Shown here one piece after another: positions 9,515 through 20,613 of a stretch of 64,000 bases of DNA. The stretch is taken from positions 23,926-87,925 of the forward strand of contig JBJKQR010000020.1 in assembly GCA_046735395.1 (NCBI GenBank). Reading direction: 5' to 3'. Within the stretch, counting starts at the first letter, position 1, and every line of letters starts with the position of its first letter. The notes under the pieces were generated by a model. The model was not told where the DNA came from. It searched no databases and was given only the letters and a program-made list of their open reading frames with translations. The stretch comes from Fidelibacterota bacterium. Its GTDB lineage: Bacteria; Fidelibacterota; Fidelibacteria; Fidelibacterales; DSDE01. The position numbers and the translations under genes are program-made.

Positions 9515-10750
9515 ATGAATTTACTGGATATTCTGATTTCGTCGCTGGACAGCATCCGTCAGAATAAGATCAGATCCTTTCTGACTCTGCTCGGCGTGAT
9601 CATCGGCGTGTTTTCCATTATCGGTGTCATGACGGCCATCAATGTGCTTCAGGCGTCCCTGGAAACAAATCTGAATTCTCTCGGATCCAATAATTTTCAG
9701 GTTCAGAAAATGCCGGCCATCAATATCGGCGGATCAAACTGGCGCAAATACCGGAACAGGAAGAACCTGACCTATGATGATTTTGAGAAGCTGGTGGAGC
9801 GGATTCGGATTCCCGATTTTGCCACGGCGGAAGACTGGTCTTATGGAAAAACGGTTACCTTCAATGATGTCAGCACGAAGAATAATATTGTCATCGGCGG
9901 TATTACGCCGGGCTGGGACTACACGAATGATTATTCCCTGGAGTCCGGGCGGATGATCACGGAAATTGACCTGAAATCCCAGGCGAATGTGTGTATTGTC
10001 GGCCAGGATATTCTGGATCTCATCATGCCCCAGGTGCCGGATCCGGTGGGATTTTCAATCCGCTTCAGCGGAGAAAAATTCAAGATTATCGGCGTCTGGG
10101 CACGCAAGGGATCCACCTTCGGCGAGTCGAAGGATAATCTGGTTATGATTCCACTCAGCAAGCACCTGAAAATGTACAGCAACCCGCGGTGGACCTCTCT
10201 GAATTATTGTTTTACCGTACTGGATCAGAGCCGTTTTCAGGATGCGATGGACGAGGTTACGGCGGCTCTGCGGGTGATACGGAAGGTAAAACCCGGGGAT
10301 CCGGATGATTTCGAGGTCTGGACATCCGCCTCTCTCATTGATTTTTTCAACAAGATTACGGCTGCCATCAAGATGGCGGCAATGCTTATCTCCTCCATCG
10401 CGCTGCTGGCTGCCGGGATCGGTATCATGAATATTATGCTGGTGTCCGTTTCCGAGCGGACCCGGGAAATCGGAGTGCGAAAAAGTCTCGGTGCACGAAA
10501 AGCGGACATTCTCAGGCAGTTTCTCCTGGAAGCCCTTATCCTGACCCAGATCGGCGGCCTGATCGGGATCATTCTGGGTGTGCTGGGCGGCAATGTGGTG
10601 GCGATGATCCTGAATCTGAGCGCCGTCATTCCCTGGGACTGGGCTCTGGTCGGGCTCATCATATCCTCCCTGGTGGGCGCTCTGTCCGGAACCTATCCTG
10701 CCTTCAAGGCCTCCAAGCTTGATCCCATCGAAGCTCTGCGGTACGAATGA
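9515..10750 (+). CDS. ABC transporter permease (MacB/FtsX family), paralog
   Basis: RSFLTLLGVIIG, VSVSERTREIGVRKSLGA, LDPIEALRYE. Confidence 0.9.
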   Translation: MNLLDILISSLDSIRQNKIRSFLTLLGVIIGVFSIIGVMTAINVLQASLETNLNSLGSNNFQVQKMPAINIGGSNWRKYRNRKNLTYDDFEKLVERIRIPDFATAEDWSYGKTVTFNDVSTKNNIVIGGITPGWDYTNDYSLESGRMITEIDLKSQANVCIVGQDILDLIMPQVPDPVGFSIRFSGEKFKIIGVWARKGSTFGESKDNLVMIPLSKHLKMYSNPRWTSLNYCFTVLDQSRFQDAMDEVTAALRVIRKVKPGDPDDFEVWTSASLIDFFNKITAAIKMAAMLISSIALLAAGIGIMNIMLVSVSERTREIGVRKSLGARKADILRQFLLEALILTQIGGLIGIILGVLGGNVVAMILNLSAVIPWDWALVGLIISSLVGALSGTYPAFKASKLDPIEALRYE

Positions 10751-10827
10751 TTATCGGCGTTTTCTGCCGGATTCCCTCATCAAATAACGCTTGAATTCAC
10801 TGTGAAAGAATTGTAAGCTTTCGATGC

Positions 10828-11361
10828 ATGAAACCGTTTATTAAACACCTTCTGATGTTGCTGCTGTCCGCCGGATTTCTGGCTGCGGACATCGGTACGG
10901 GTACTGCAGTTCCGCAGCTCATATTCCAGACCTCAGGCGGTAAACTCGTTTTTATCAATGACTACGTTGGGGAACCGCGCATCCTGAATTCGGATGCGGA
11001 ACGGGTGCCGGTGACGCTTGTTTTCTTCCGCAGTGAAGAGTCCCGGGTCGCCGACTGGCTCGGAGCGCTGGCTGCAGATGCCCGCAAAAGCAAGCTGAAG
11101 ATGCTTTTTATTGCGGTGGACGAGGATGGCTCCGCCCTGCTTCAGCACATGAAGGAAAAACAGCTTCGGGGAACATTTCTCATTGACCGCTACGGACGGT
11201 CGGCAGAAAGTCTCAGCCTGACGCCGCTCAGCCGCTTCGGGAATGCCCCCACTGCGCTCTGCGTCCGTCGCAATGGTGAAGTGGTCCGCGTTTTTTCAAA
11301 TTTTGGCGTCGCAGACGTGAAGGACATTATCAGCACGGCCGCATCACTGCTGAATGAATAA
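10828..11361 (+). CDS. Exported thioredoxin-fold/redoxin-like protein lacking CxxC
   Basis: Signal peptide; pattern GTAVPQL...VTLVFF...LFIAVD...FLID...APTALCV..NGEV resembles TlpA/AhpC folds. Confidence 0.5.
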   Translation: MKPFIKHLLMLLLSAGFLAADIGTGTAVPQLIFQTSGGKLVFINDYVGEPRILNSDAERVPVTLVFFRSEESRVADWLGALAADARKSKLKMLFIAVDEDGSALLQHMKEKQLRGTFLIDRYGRSAESLSLTPLSRFGNAPTALCVRRNGEVVRVFSNFGVADVKDIISTAASLLNE

Positions 11362-11421
11362 ATTCTATTCGTTAACCTGATTTGGAAATATTTGAAGCGC
11401 CTGTATGCGCTGCTTCGGATA

Positions 11422-12129
11422 TCAGTGAAGAAATTTTCCCGTAGCGAGGAAGTGGAGTATCTGAAGATACGTGTCCTGAAACATGAGCAGGGATGTATGC
11501 ATATGCTGAAGAATAATGTGATCGAGAGCTCCGTCAAGATAGGTTTCGCTGACACGGACCTCGCCGTCATTGTCGCCGTCCAGGAGCGGATTGTAGCCCT
11601 TGCCGTCCTGTAGTCCACCAGCGATGATGCCGAATTCACAGTCCGGCGGCGGCATATTCCGGAAATGATCAGCCAGTGAGTATCTCAGTTCCTGCCCCGG
11701 TGTGCGCGTAATCCATTCGTAGAGTCGGATATTGCTCCAGATATCTGCCACCTGAGCGCCACGGTTCGGAGGCGCCAGCATGACCCAGCGCTTGATTTTC
11801 AGATCCGGATGACCTGCAAACGCTTCCCTGCAGACCAGATTGCCCATGCTGTGAGAGATGAGGTAGAATTCACGGTCTCCCAGTGTACTGTCCACCCACG
11901 CCGCAAAATCCTGTCCGTGTTCCTCAATGGTTTTTTTTACAGAAGGATAGCCGTAATTGTAACAGGTATAGCCGTCCCTTTCAAATCTCAGTTCCATTTT
12001 CCAGAAGACAGAGCGCTTGGCCAGAATGCCGTGCACCAGCACAACCGGGACCGTCTTGTCCGGCATGTCCTGAGCCGTAACCAGACTGCCGAAAAGCAGG
12101 ACCAGTAAAACTTTTAACAGCTTATTCAT
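11422..12129 (-). CDS. Secreted alpha/beta hydrolase (lipase/esterase-like)
   Basis: Signal peptide, VVLVHG, SHSMG nucleophile elbow, LAPPNRG, NDGEV, H near C-terminus. Confidence 0.85.
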   Translation of the reverse strand: MNKLLKVLLVLLFGSLVTAQDMPDKTVPVVLVHGILAKRSVFWKMELRFERDGYTCYNYGYPSVKKTIEEHGQDFAAWVDSTLGDREFYLISHSMGNLVCREAFAGHPDLKIKRWVMLAPPNRGAQVADIWSNIRLYEWITRTPGQELRYSLADHFRNMPPPDCEFGIIAGGLQDGKGYNPLLDGDNDGEVRVSETYLDGALDHIILQHMHTSLLMFQDTYLQILHFLATGKFLH

Positions 12130-13255
12130 TTTTCACCCATTTCCAGGATATAAATTGAGCGGCTGCTCCGAACCATACCACATACAGGATATGGAGAAGC
12201 GAGGCCGGGAAGATTTGCCGCCAGCGGAGTTTTTCTCCGAAACGGGTGGAACAGCTGTGAAGAAATCTGTATTCAGACCAGGCTTTCATGCTGAAAAACA
12301 GCAGAACGACTTTCCAGAATCGGGGTTCGCGCCAGACGAGGAGGGACATGGCCAGCAGTGAAACATTGAAAAAATAGTAGATCATCAGGGAAAGCGTCAT
12401 CTTCAGGGGATACTTGAAACCCTTCGAAGCGAAGCGCAGGCGCTGATGATAAAATTTTCGCCAGGAGTTGGGAGATTCATTGGGAATGTGGGTTCCCGGC
12501 AGATACGCATAGGCGATTTTCCATTTGCTGTCATCGCGGACCCGGCTGAGAAAAAGGTCGTCGTCGCCCGATACGGCAGGACGGAATTTTCCGAATCCAT
12601 CCAGCTCATCATAAACCTTGCGGCGGTAGGCGAGATTTGTGCCGACACAGGTGGCCGGGTAGCCGAGCCCTGTACTGGACGCCGCAATGGCGGCCTGGGA
12701 GAAGTATTCGAGCTTCAATAAATGGCGAACGGGTGTGTTGTAGCTGCCGTCACTGCGATAGGGCGCATAGCCCAGGACCATTCCCGTTTCCGGAGTAAAA
12801 AAGGACATCATGTTGGTTATCCAGTCCGGACCGGGACGCCCGTCCGCATCGGTGAGCAGGATGATCTGTCCGCGGCTTTTTGTAATACCGGTATGGAGGG
12901 CATACTTCTTGGGCCCCCATCCGTCAGGAGTGGACGTTATATTCAGAAGCTGCCAGTTCGCGTGTTCGGATACGGCGCTCTCCAGAAGCCTGCGCGTGTC
13001 ATCCTCTGATCTGTCATTCACGAAAATGACTTCGTATTTATTTTCCGGATAATCGAGCCGGGATAGGGACTGAATCAGATCGGGGATATTTCCTTCCTCA
13101 TTGTGGAGGGAAATGAGGATGGAGACAGAGTCCGGCTGCTTCTTTGCGACGGGATCCGGCAGCCGCCCCAGGCCTCCTTTCAGCTTGGAAAGGAGAATCA
13201 TGTAGATAATTAACAGGATCAGATTAACGGTAAGCAGTAATTCCATTTGCATCAT
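12122..13255 (-). CDS. Family 2 glycosyltransferase, membrane-bound
   Basis: HNEE, NDRSED, LTDAD, SGDDD, QRLRF; flanking TM helices. Confidence 0.9.
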   Translation of the reverse strand: MMQMELLLTVNLILLIIYMILLSKLKGGLGRLPDPVAKKQPDSVSILISLHNEEGNIPDLIQSLSRLDYPENKYEVIFVNDRSEDDTRRLLESAVSEHANWQLLNITSTPDGWGPKKYALHTGITKSRGQIILLTDADGRPGPDWITNMMSFFTPETGMVLGYAPYRSDGSYNTPVRHLLKLEYFSQAAIAASSTGLGYPATCVGTNLAYRRKVYDELDGFGKFRPAVSGDDDLFLSRVRDDSKWKIAYAYLPGTHIPNESPNSWRKFYHQRLRFASKGFKYPLKMTLSLMIYYFFNVSLLAMSLLVWREPRFWKVVLLFFSMKAWSEYRFLHSCSTRFGEKLRWRQIFPASLLHILYVVWFGAAAQFISWKWVKNE

Positions 13256-15426
13256 ATTTTCTGTTTCAGGATGAGAGCCCCCAGCGGAGGCACATTCACC
13301 GAAAGGCTGAAGGACCGGTACTGCCAGGGTACGTTCTGGGTTTCATATTTTGTATCGACGGGAAATCCGCTGCCGCCGAAGCGCAGATCATCACTATTGA
13401 AAATGCAGTCCCAGCGGCCGGAATCCGGAATGCCCACCCTGTATCCGCGGTAGGACTGAGGTGTGAAATTCAGCAGGATGAACAGGATGTCTTCGGGATT
13501 TTCCCCTCTGCGGATGAATGAGATGATACTCTGCCGTGTATTGTCCACATCAATCCATTCGAAGCCGTCCGGGCGATGGTCTCTCTGCCAGAGGGCTTTT
13601 TCCTGAAGGTAGATGGAATTCAGATCACGGACATAATCCCGGGAATGCCTGTGGAAATCCCATTGAAGCAGATCCCATTCCATGCCGCGTTCCGGGCTCC
13701 ATTCCCGCCACGGAGAAAATTCGTAACCCATGAAATTCAGCTTTTTCCCGGGATGGGTCATCATGTAGGCCAGGAGCAGACGGTAATTGGCCTGCTTCTG
13801 CCAGTCATCTCCCGGCATCTTTGAAATCAGGGAGCGTTTTCCGTGAACCACTTCATCGTGGCTGAGCACGAGAATGAAATGTTCGGACCAGGCATAGACC
13901 ATGCTGAAGGTAAGGTCATTATGGTGATGGGCGCGATAAATGGGATCCTTTGCAAAATAGCGGAGCACATCGTTCATCCAGCCCATATTCCATTTGTAGT
14001 CAAAGCCCAGGCCGTTATCCCGCACAGGAAAACTCACATTTCCGAAGGAGGTGCTTTCTTCCGCGATGATGAGCGCATCCGGAAAATAGTCCTTGAGGAC
14101 ACTGTTCATATGTTTGATAAATTCGATGGCATCCAGATTTTCCCTGCCGCCATATCGATTGGGAATCCATTCTCCCTCCCTGCGGCTGTAATCCAGATAG
14201 AGCATGGAGGCGACGGCATCAATACGAAGTCCGTCAGCGTGGAATTCCCGGATCCAGTAAACGGCATTGGCAATGAGAAAATTTTTGACCTCATTCCGTC
14301 CGTAATTGAAAATATAGGTTCCCCAGTCCGGATGCTCACCTTTGCGGGGGTCGCTGTGTTCATAGAGCGCGGTTCCGTCAAAACGTCCCAGAGCGAATTC
14401 ATCCTTCGGGAAATGGGCCGGAACCCAGTCGAGAATGATTTTTAATCCGTTCAGATGACATTGGTCAATAAGGTATTTGAAATCATCCGGAGTTCCGAAC
14501 CGGGAGGTGGGGGCGTAATATCCGGTAACCTGATAGCCCCAGCTGCCGTCGAAGGGGTGTTCCATGACGGGCATGAATTCGATATGGGTGAAGTGCATGG
14601 ATTTGGCATAGCTGATCAGTTTCGGAGTCAGTTCCCGATACGACAGCCAGCCGCCATCCGGATTTTTCATCCAGGAGCCGATGTGCAATTCGTAAATGTT
14701 TACAGGATGGCTGTAACTGTCCGTCCTGTTGCTGCCGGTGATTTTTTCGTCTTCCCACTTATAGCGGCTGTCCCAGGTGATGGACGCCGTGGCCGGCCGA
14801 AGTTCGCTGAAGCGGGCATAGGGGTCGGATTTAACAAGGATCTCACCGATCTGAGTCTTGATTTCAAATTTATATTTTTCACCGCTTTTCAGTCCGGGTA
14901 TGAACAATTCCCAGACACCGGAATTACCGAGAGTGCGCATGGGATGACAAAGTCCGTTCCAGGCGTTGAAGTCTCCGACAACACTTACACGCCGGGCGGC
15001 AGGAGCCCACACCGCGAACAGAAATCCCTCCGTGCCGCGAAGTGAGAGGCGGTTTGCTCCCAGTTTTTCATAGATAAAACGATGATCGCCGGCATTGAAG
15101 AGATAGAGATCGTCATCGGAAATTCCCGGCAGAAACTGATAGGGATCAATATCGGTTTGGTTGAGTCCGTCGGAATCGGTGGCAGATACGGCATAAACGG
15201 ATGGATGCTCCCCGTCAAGGGTGGCGGCCCATGCTCCCGGATGGGCCGGGAGGGGCTGACACGGGACGCTGAAACTGTCATCGAGAGCCCGAATGGTTAC
15301 TTCCGAGGCATCGGGGCGAAATACGGTAATCCGTTTTGCCTTTCCCTCTGGGTGAATTCCCAGCTTTTCATGGGGCTGGTGATAGTCGCCGGAGAGGATG
15401 AGGTCCAATATTCGGCCTTTAACCAC
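13252..15426 (-). CDS. glgB: 1,4-alpha-glucan branching enzyme (GH13)
   Basis: FAVWAP, IYELHIGSW, SWGYQ, LDWVPAHF, GLRIDAVASMLYLDY, AEEST, LSHDEVVHGK. Confidence 0.97.
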   Translation of the reverse strand: MVKGRILDLILSGDYHQPHEKLGIHPEGKAKRITVFRPDASEVTIRALDDSFSVPCQPLPAHPGAWAATLDGEHPSVYAVSATDSDGLNQTDIDPYQFLPGISDDDLYLFNAGDHRFIYEKLGANRLSLRGTEGFLFAVWAPAARRVSVVGDFNAWNGLCHPMRTLGNSGVWELFIPGLKSGEKYKFEIKTQIGEILVKSDPYARFSELRPATASITWDSRYKWEDEKITGSNRTDSYSHPVNIYELHIGSWMKNPDGGWLSYRELTPKLISYAKSMHFTHIEFMPVMEHPFDGSWGYQVTGYYAPTSRFGTPDDFKYLIDQCHLNGLKIILDWVPAHFPKDEFALGRFDGTALYEHSDPRKGEHPDWGTYIFNYGRNEVKNFLIANAVYWIREFHADGLRIDAVASMLYLDYSRREGEWIPNRYGGRENLDAIEFIKHMNSVLKDYFPDALIIAEESTSFGNVSFPVRDNGLGFDYKWNMGWMNDVLRYFAKDPIYRAHHHNDLTFSMVYAWSEHFILVLSHDEVVHGKRSLISKMPGDDWQKQANYRLLLAYMMTHPGKKLNFMGYEFSPWREWSPERGMEWDLLQWDFHRHSRDYVRDLNSIYLQEKALWQRDHRPDGFEWIDVDNTRQSIISFIRRGENPEDILFILLNFTPQSYRGYRVGIPDSGRWDCIFNSDDLRFGGSGFPVDTKYETQNVPWQYRSFSLSVNVPPLGALILKQKI

Positions 15427-15668
15427 GAATTCTCCTGAAATGATGCGTCAACATGGGATAAAACTATTAAAAAAACGGAGAGAATCAAAGTCAAATTGGG
15501 GGCATTGCCCGAGTGTTTCCGCCTGACCGGCCCTGGAAATTAAGTCCATTCACCGGATGGTGATACGGAGATGCATTTCAGTTCTCTGCACTTTGGCTGT
15601 CGTGTTGATTTTGGCGCTGATTATCAGTAGTTTCAGTAAGATCAAACAAGGAAACAAGGAGCGGAATC

Positions 15669-15863
15669 ATGGTAGATATCGGCAAAGTGGCGGGAAAGGT
15701 CTGGGAGGAACTGAACCGGAATGACAAAATGACGATCAACTCGCTGATCAAGGCAACCGGCGAGAAGCGGGATGTCATTCTCATGGCTATCGGCTGGCTC
15801 TCCCGCGAAGATAAACTGAATGCAATTGTAAAAGGCGCCTACACCCTGTATTCCCTGAAATGA
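15669..15863 (+). CDS. Small winged helix-turn-helix protein (DUF2582-like)
   Basis: IGKVAGKVW...MAIGWLSREDK signature; AAGGAG RBS. Confidence 0.8.
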   Translation: MVDIGKVAGKVWEELNRNDKMTINSLIKATGEKRDVILMAIGWLSREDKLNAIVKGAYTLYSLK

Positions 15864-15887
15864 TACAAATTTCATCAAGCGAATTTC

Positions 15888-15919
15888 GGACGGGAGTCAT
15901 GAACCCCGTCCTTTTTTTT
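15888..15919 (+). terminator. Intrinsic terminator
   Basis: GGACGGG...CCCGTCC followed by T8. Confidence 0.85.
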
Positions 15920-16042
15920 GCCTTCACGTTTAATCCGGAACAATTTGCGGTTCGGAGATATTAAAGAAACATGCTGAAAGAAATGGTGGTTTACTGTTCA
16001 TGTGCAGGACCGGAGGCTCTGGGACGCGGATGGGTGCAATTA

Positions 16043-16071
16043 TTGATTTTAGGCATGAAATAGGGTATATT
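16043..16071 (+). promoter_or_regulatory. Putative sigma70 promoter of ppdK
   Basis: TTGATT-N17-TATATT. Confidence 0.5.
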
Positions 16072-16100
16072 AGCCGGAATTTTTAAAACAGAGGAAGAAC

Positions 16101-18812
16101 ATGAAATACGTTTACAAATTTGGAGGCAGCAAGACAGACGGAGAGGCTGCCATGAAGAATCTGCTTGGGGGAAAGGGCGCGAATCTGGCCGAAATGGCTC
16201 GCCTGGGAGTACCGGTTCCTCCGGGATTTACGATCACGACAGAAATGTGCGATGTTTATTATAAGAATAATCGTCAGTATCCGGCAGAGCTGGACACTCA
16301 GGTAAAAGAGGGTGTGGCTCATATTGAAGAAGCGGTTGGAACCCGTTTCGGGGATGCGTCGAATCCGCTTCTGGTTTCGGTGCGTTCCGGTGCCCGTGCT
16401 TCCATGCCGGGAATGATGGACACGGTTCTGAATCTTGGCCTGAATGAAGCCGTTGTGGCAGGAATTGCGGCAAAGAGCGGAAATGAACGCTTTGCCTGGG
16501 ATTCCTATCGTCGCTTCATTCAGATGTATGGCGATGTCGTCATGGGGATGAAACCGGAGAACAAGAATGAGGAAGATCCCTTCGAGCACGTCATGGACGA
16601 GTACAAGAAGGAACTGGGTGTTGAACTGGATACGGAGCTGAGTGCCGCAAATCTGCAGGAGCTTGTAAATCGCTACAAGGCGATGGTCAAAACGCGGATG
16701 AACAAGGATTTCCCGACGGATCCCTGGGAGCAGCTCTGGGGTGCCATCAATGCCGTATTCGGCAGCTGGATGAATGAACGGGCTATCCGCTATCGCAAGA
16801 TGAACGGAATTCCGGATGAATGGGGTACTGCCGTCAATGTACAGGCCATGGTTTTCGGGAATATGGGCGATGACTGTGCCACCGGTGTGGCGTTCACCCG
16901 TGACCCTGCCACCGGAGAGAAGATCTTCTTCGGTGAATATCTGATCAATGCTCAGGGTGAAGATGTGGTTGCCGGTATCCGGACGCCGCAGCCTGTTACG
17001 CTCGCCGGCTCAAAAAAGCTTGCTGCCAATGAGGGCCTGGATGAAACGGGCCGCAGCGCCCGTTATGCCGCGCTCGAGGAAACCATGCCCGGAGCCTTCA
17101 AGGATCTGGAAGCGATTTATATGAAGCTGGAAAGTCATTATCGTGACATGCAGGATATTGAATTCACCATTCAGAATAAAAAACTGTGGATGCTGCAGAC
17201 CCGTAACGGGAAACGAACTGCGGCTGCCGCCGTCAAAATCGCCGTTGACCTGGTGAATGAAGGCGTGATCAGCAAGGAAGAGGCCATCCTGAGAGTGGAA
17301 CCGGAATCTCTGGATCAGCTGCTTCATCCCATGTTCGATCCCAAGGCCGAAAAAGCACTGATTGCCAAGGGACTTCCGGCCTCACCGGGAGCTGCCACCG
17401 GGAAAGTCGTCTTCAATGCCGAGGATGCGGAAGCCTGGGCTGAAAAAGGCGAAAAGGTTATACTCGTTCGTATCGAAACCTCTCCTGAGGATATCGGTGG
17501 TATGGTGGCTGCTCAGGGAATTCTCACGGCCCGTGGCGGTATGACGTCCCACGCAGCCGTCGTGGCCCGCGGAATGGGCAAGTCCTGCGTATCCGGTGTG
17601 GGCGCCATTAATATTTCATATGCTAAACATATTTTCAGTGTCGGTGGACTGACCGTCAGCGAAGGAGATTTCATTTCCATCGATGGAAGCACCGGAGAAG
17701 TTTTTAAAGGTCAGATTCCCACGGTGGAAGCTGAACTGTCCGGTGATTTCGCGACTCTGATGGGATGGGCTGACGATGTTCGCCGCCTGCGTGTCCGCAC
17801 CAATGCAGATACGCCTCACGATTCTGAAGTTGCCCGGAATTTCGGTGCAGAAGGCATCGGCCTCTGCCGTACCGAACATATGTTCTTTGAAGGTGACCGC
17901 ATCAAGGCGGTCCGTGAAATGATTCTGGCCAATGATGAAGCCGGACGCCGCAAGGCTCTGGAAAAACTCCTGCCCATTCAGCGCGGAGATTTTTATGGCA
18001 TATTGAAGGCCATGCATGATTTGCCGGTGACCATCCGGACCCTGGATCCGCCGCTTCATGAATTCCTGCCTCAGGAAGATGCCAATCAGAAGGAAATGGC
18101 CGATGACATGGGGATTACGGTAGAGGACGTGAAGGCTAAGGTTGAATCCCTGCACGAACTGAATCCCATGCTGGGACACCGCGGCTGCCGTCTGGGAATC
18201 GTGTATCCAGAGATTACCGAGATGCAGGCCCGCGCCATTATTGAAGCAGCCTGTGATCTGAAAAAGGAAGGTGTGAACGTCTTCCCGGAAATCATGATTC
18301 CGCTGGTGGGAACCAAGGCCGAACTTGCTGACCAGAAGGCGGTTGTTGTGAAGACGGCCGAAGCTGTCATGGCTGAAAAAGGCATGAAGGTTGATTACAT
18401 GGTGGGAACGATGATTGAAATACCCCGTGCGGCCCTCACTGCTGATCAGATCGCCGAAGAAGCTGAATTCTTCTCCTTCGGAACCAATGACCTGACTCAG
18501 ATGACCTTCGGGTACAGTCGTGACGATGCCGGGAAATTCCTCCCTGAATATATCAACCGCAAGGTGCTGCCCAGTGATCCGTTCCAGAAACTGGATCAGA
18601 CCGGTGTCGGCCAGCTGGTGCAGATAGGTGTGGAAAAAGGCCGCAGTACCAAGCCGAATCTCAAGGTGGGAATCTGTGGGGAGCACGGCGGAGAACCCTC
18701 TTCGGTGGAATTCTGCCACCGGGTTGGCATGAACTATGTTTCCTGCTCGCCTTTCCGGGTTCCGATTGCCCGTCTTGCTGCTGCACAAGCTGTGGTGAAA
18801 GAAAAGAAATAA
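16101..18812 (+). CDS. ppdK: Pyruvate, phosphate dikinase
   Basis: [25 protein letters not shown] (phospho-His), [28 protein letters not shown]. Confidence 0.98.
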   Translation: MKYVYKFGGSKTDGEAAMKNLLGGKGANLAEMARLGVPVPPGFTITTEMCDVYYKNNRQYPAELDTQVKEGVAHIEEAVGTRFGDASNPLLVSVRSGARASMPGMMDTVLNLGLNEAVVAGIAAKSGNERFAWDSYRRFIQMYGDVVMGMKPENKNEEDPFEHVMDEYKKELGVELDTELSAANLQELVNRYKAMVKTRMNKDFPTDPWEQLWGAINAVFGSWMNERAIRYRKMNGIPDEWGTAVNVQAMVFGNMGDDCATGVAFTRDPATGEKIFFGEYLINAQGEDVVAGIRTPQPVTLAGSKKLAANEGLDETGRSARYAALEETMPGAFKDLEAIYMKLESHYRDMQDIEFTIQNKKLWMLQTRNGKRTAAAAVKIAVDLVNEGVISKEEAILRVEPESLDQLLHPMFDPKAEKALIAKGLPASPGAATGKVVFNAEDAEAWAEKGEKVILVRIETSPEDIGGMVAAQGILTARGGMTSHAAVVARGMGKSCVSGVGAINISYAKHIFSVGGLTVSEGDFISIDGSTGEVFKGQIPTVEAELSGDFATLMGWADDVRRLRVRTNADTPHDSEVARNFGAEGIGLCRTEHMFFEGDRIKAVREMILANDEAGRRKALEKLLPIQRGDFYGILKAMHDLPVTIRTLDPPLHEFLPQEDANQKEMADDMGITVEDVKAKVESLHELNPMLGHRGCRLGIVYPEITEMQARAIIEAACDLKKEGVNVFPEIMIPLVGTKAELADQKAVVVKTAEAVMAEKGMKVDYMVGTMIEIPRAALTADQIAEEAEFFSFGTNDLTQMTFGYSRDDAGKFLPEYINRKVLPSDPFQKLDQTGVGQLVQIGVEKGRSTKPNLKVGICGEHGGEPSSVEFCHRVGMNYVSCSPFRVPIARLAAAQAVVKEKK

Positions 18813-18838
18813 ATAGATTATATCCTGTTTATAACAAT

Positions 18839-18864
18839 AAAGGGCTGCTTTCGGGCGGCCCTTT
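18839..18864. terminator. Terminator hairpin between convergent ppdK and the TrmH gene
   Basis: AAAGGGCTGCT-TTCG-GGCGGCCCTTT. Confidence 0.75.
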
Positions 18865-18972
18865 GTCGTTATGCCCTGTTTTTCCGAATTTGATTCGTTT
18901 TTCGGGAGCACGATAAAAATATATTGTGGCGTGCTCCGTTTAATGCTCCAGGAATATTATAAAAGGAATATC

Positions 18973-19734
18973 TTAATACAGCAGTTTGCCGAGAATGGCC
19001 GCGCAGGCCATGGCAGCATTCAGAGACTCGGCTCCGCCCAGAGGTGGCATGGTAATGTCGGTTGATGCTCCCGGTTGGAATTCCGGGTCGACACCGTGAC
19101 TTTCATTCCCGATGACAAGGATAAAATGAGAATCACGGGAAAGATGAATATCAGAAATTGAGATGCCATCATGCACCTTTGTGATGAGGCAGTGATGCGA
19201 GGGAAACAGCTGCATCAGATCTGCAGGAGAATTCAGTTCGATCCAGGGCAGGTGAAACAGCGATCCTTTGGCTGAGCGTACCGTTTTGGGATTGCTGATA
19301 TCCACACAATCGGGGCTCAGGACGATTCCACCGAGCCCGAACCAGTCGGCGATCCGAAAAAGCGTGCCCAGATTGCCGGGATCCTGAATCCGGTCAAGAT
19401 ACAGAAGGTTGCCGTTCAGGGCCGAAGATGAAAATTCCGGAATGGCTGCAACAGCGATGACTCCCTGTGGTGTCGTCTCGGTTGAAATTTTCTTAAGGGT
19501 TTTAGCGTCAATTTCATGGAGCGGAACAGTACTGTTTAAAATTTCGTCGAATCCGGGTTTGGCCTGAATATAGGGTGTAAAATATATATCGCTGATAACC
19601 CAGGCACTTCGGATGGCCTCAAGAACCGGAATAAACCCCTCGATGATCAGTTTCCCTTCCCTGTTTCTGTATTTTTTCTGCTGTAGAGCAGTCAGGGATT
19701 TGAGTGCAGTAGCAGAAAGTATTTCGGGGCACAT
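18973..19734 (-). CDS. TrmH/SpoU family RNA methyltransferase
   Basis: IQDPGNLGT, VIGNESHG, AESLNAA. Start set to ATG 19734. Confidence 0.9.
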   Translation of the reverse strand: MCPEILSATALKSLTALQQKKYRNREGKLIIEGFIPVLEAIRSAWVISDIYFTPYIQAKPGFDEILNSTVPLHEIDAKTLKKISTETTPQGVIAVAAIPEFSSSALNGNLLYLDRIQDPGNLGTLFRIADWFGLGGIVLSPDCVDISNPKTVRSAKGSLFHLPWIELNSPADLMQLFPSHHCLITKVHDGISISDIHLSRDSHFILVIGNESHGVDPEFQPGASTDITMPPLGGAESLNAAMACAAILGKLLY

Positions 19735-19755
19735 GGCCGAATTTAGCGAATCAAA

Positions 19756-19784
19756 TTGAAACAAATAATGAAAAACCGTAAATT
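19756..19784 (+). promoter_or_regulatory. Putative sigma70 promoter of tmRNA
   Basis: TTGAAA-N17-TAAATT, 20 nt before the mature 5' end. Confidence 0.65.
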
Positions 19785-19804
19785 AGGGCGCTATTTGGCA
19801 AATT

Positions 19805-20154
19805 GGGGGCGTCAAGGTTTCGACGGGACAGCCAGGTGCTGATGAAAGCGTGCCGAGGAGTTCGGGTTCTCTCGTTAAACACCTGAAAAAAAAATAAATG
19901 CTGATAATTACGCATTCGCAGCTTAATCTAAACTAGTTGCCGTCCGCTCTGCTTTGCTTTCGGAGCAGAGGCCGGGCGTCAAACACGGAAGCTCGTTTCC
20001 TGCTGAGTCCGGCTTCAGGAAATTAAATTCACGGACTGGCCTGCTCTGATTTTGTCCGCTTTGGCGGAGCAGGTAAGACGCACAAAGCAGACTGCGCACG
20101 GAGATGTCAAAGGTGTCTCTGTTTCGGACCCCGGTTCAATTCCGGGCGCCTCCA
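19805..20154 (+). ncRNA. ssrA: tmRNA
   Basis: 5' GGGGGCG..GGTTTCGAC pairs with 3' CGCCTCC-A, giving the G3:U alanine identity pair. T-arm CCCGGTTCAATTCCGGG; internal tag frame. CCA is not fully encoded (CCACT). Confidence 0.95.
19900..19926 (+). other. tmRNA proteolysis tag frame ADNYAFAA*
   Basis: GCT GAT AAT TAC GCA TTC GCA GCT TAA after an A-rich AAATAAAT resume context. Confidence 0.9.
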
Positions 20155-20196
20155 CTCGGTCTTCGTTCGAGCGGCAGCGGGAACGAAGATCGACCG

Positions 20197-20282
20197 CGTC
20201 GTAGTCCGTCGGCAGGCGGACGAAGACGGGTCCGGCCAAAACTTGCCCGAACACCACCCCGACCGCTTCGGTCGATTGAAAT
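20197..20282. repeat. 86-bp palindromic repeat, copy 1
   Basis: CGTCGTAGTCCGTCGGCAGGCGGACGAAGACG...CGACCGCTTCGGTCGATTGAAAT. Confidence 0.95.
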
Positions 20283-20351
20283 AGAATGAACAGGGAGGCT
20301 CGAATGGTCTTCTTTTATGAGTTTCAGTTCGACTTCTCTGCTGAACCAATT

Positions 20352-20437
20352 CGTCGAAGTCCGTCGGCAGGCGGACGAAGACGGGTTCGGCCAAAACTTG
20401 CTCGAACACCACCCCGACCGCTTCGGTCGATAGAAAT
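20352..20437. repeat. 86-bp palindromic repeat, copy 2 (4 substitutions)
   Basis: Starts 155 bp after copy 1. Confidence 0.95.
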
Positions 20438-20506
20438 AGAATGAATGACGAGGCTCGAATGGTCTTCGTTTATGAGTTTCAGTTCAACTTCTCTGCTGAA
20501 CCTATT

Positions 20507-20592
20507 CGTCGTAGTCCGTCGGCAGGCGGACGAAGACGGGTCCGGCCAAAACTTGCCCGAACACCACCCCGACCGCTTCGGTCGATTGAAAT
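20507..20592. repeat. 86-bp palindromic repeat, copy 3
   Basis: Starts 155 bp after copy 2; matches copy 1. Confidence 0.95.
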
Positions 20593-20613
20593 AGAATGAA
20601 CAGGGAGGCATAA

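Noticed and set aside
17616..18911. Long antisense ORFs (also 3219-4172, 7504-8472, 34958-36397, 54679-55833, 58773-60200, 61426-62451)
   Set aside because: Shadow frames opposite well-supported genes, with no recognisable motifs.
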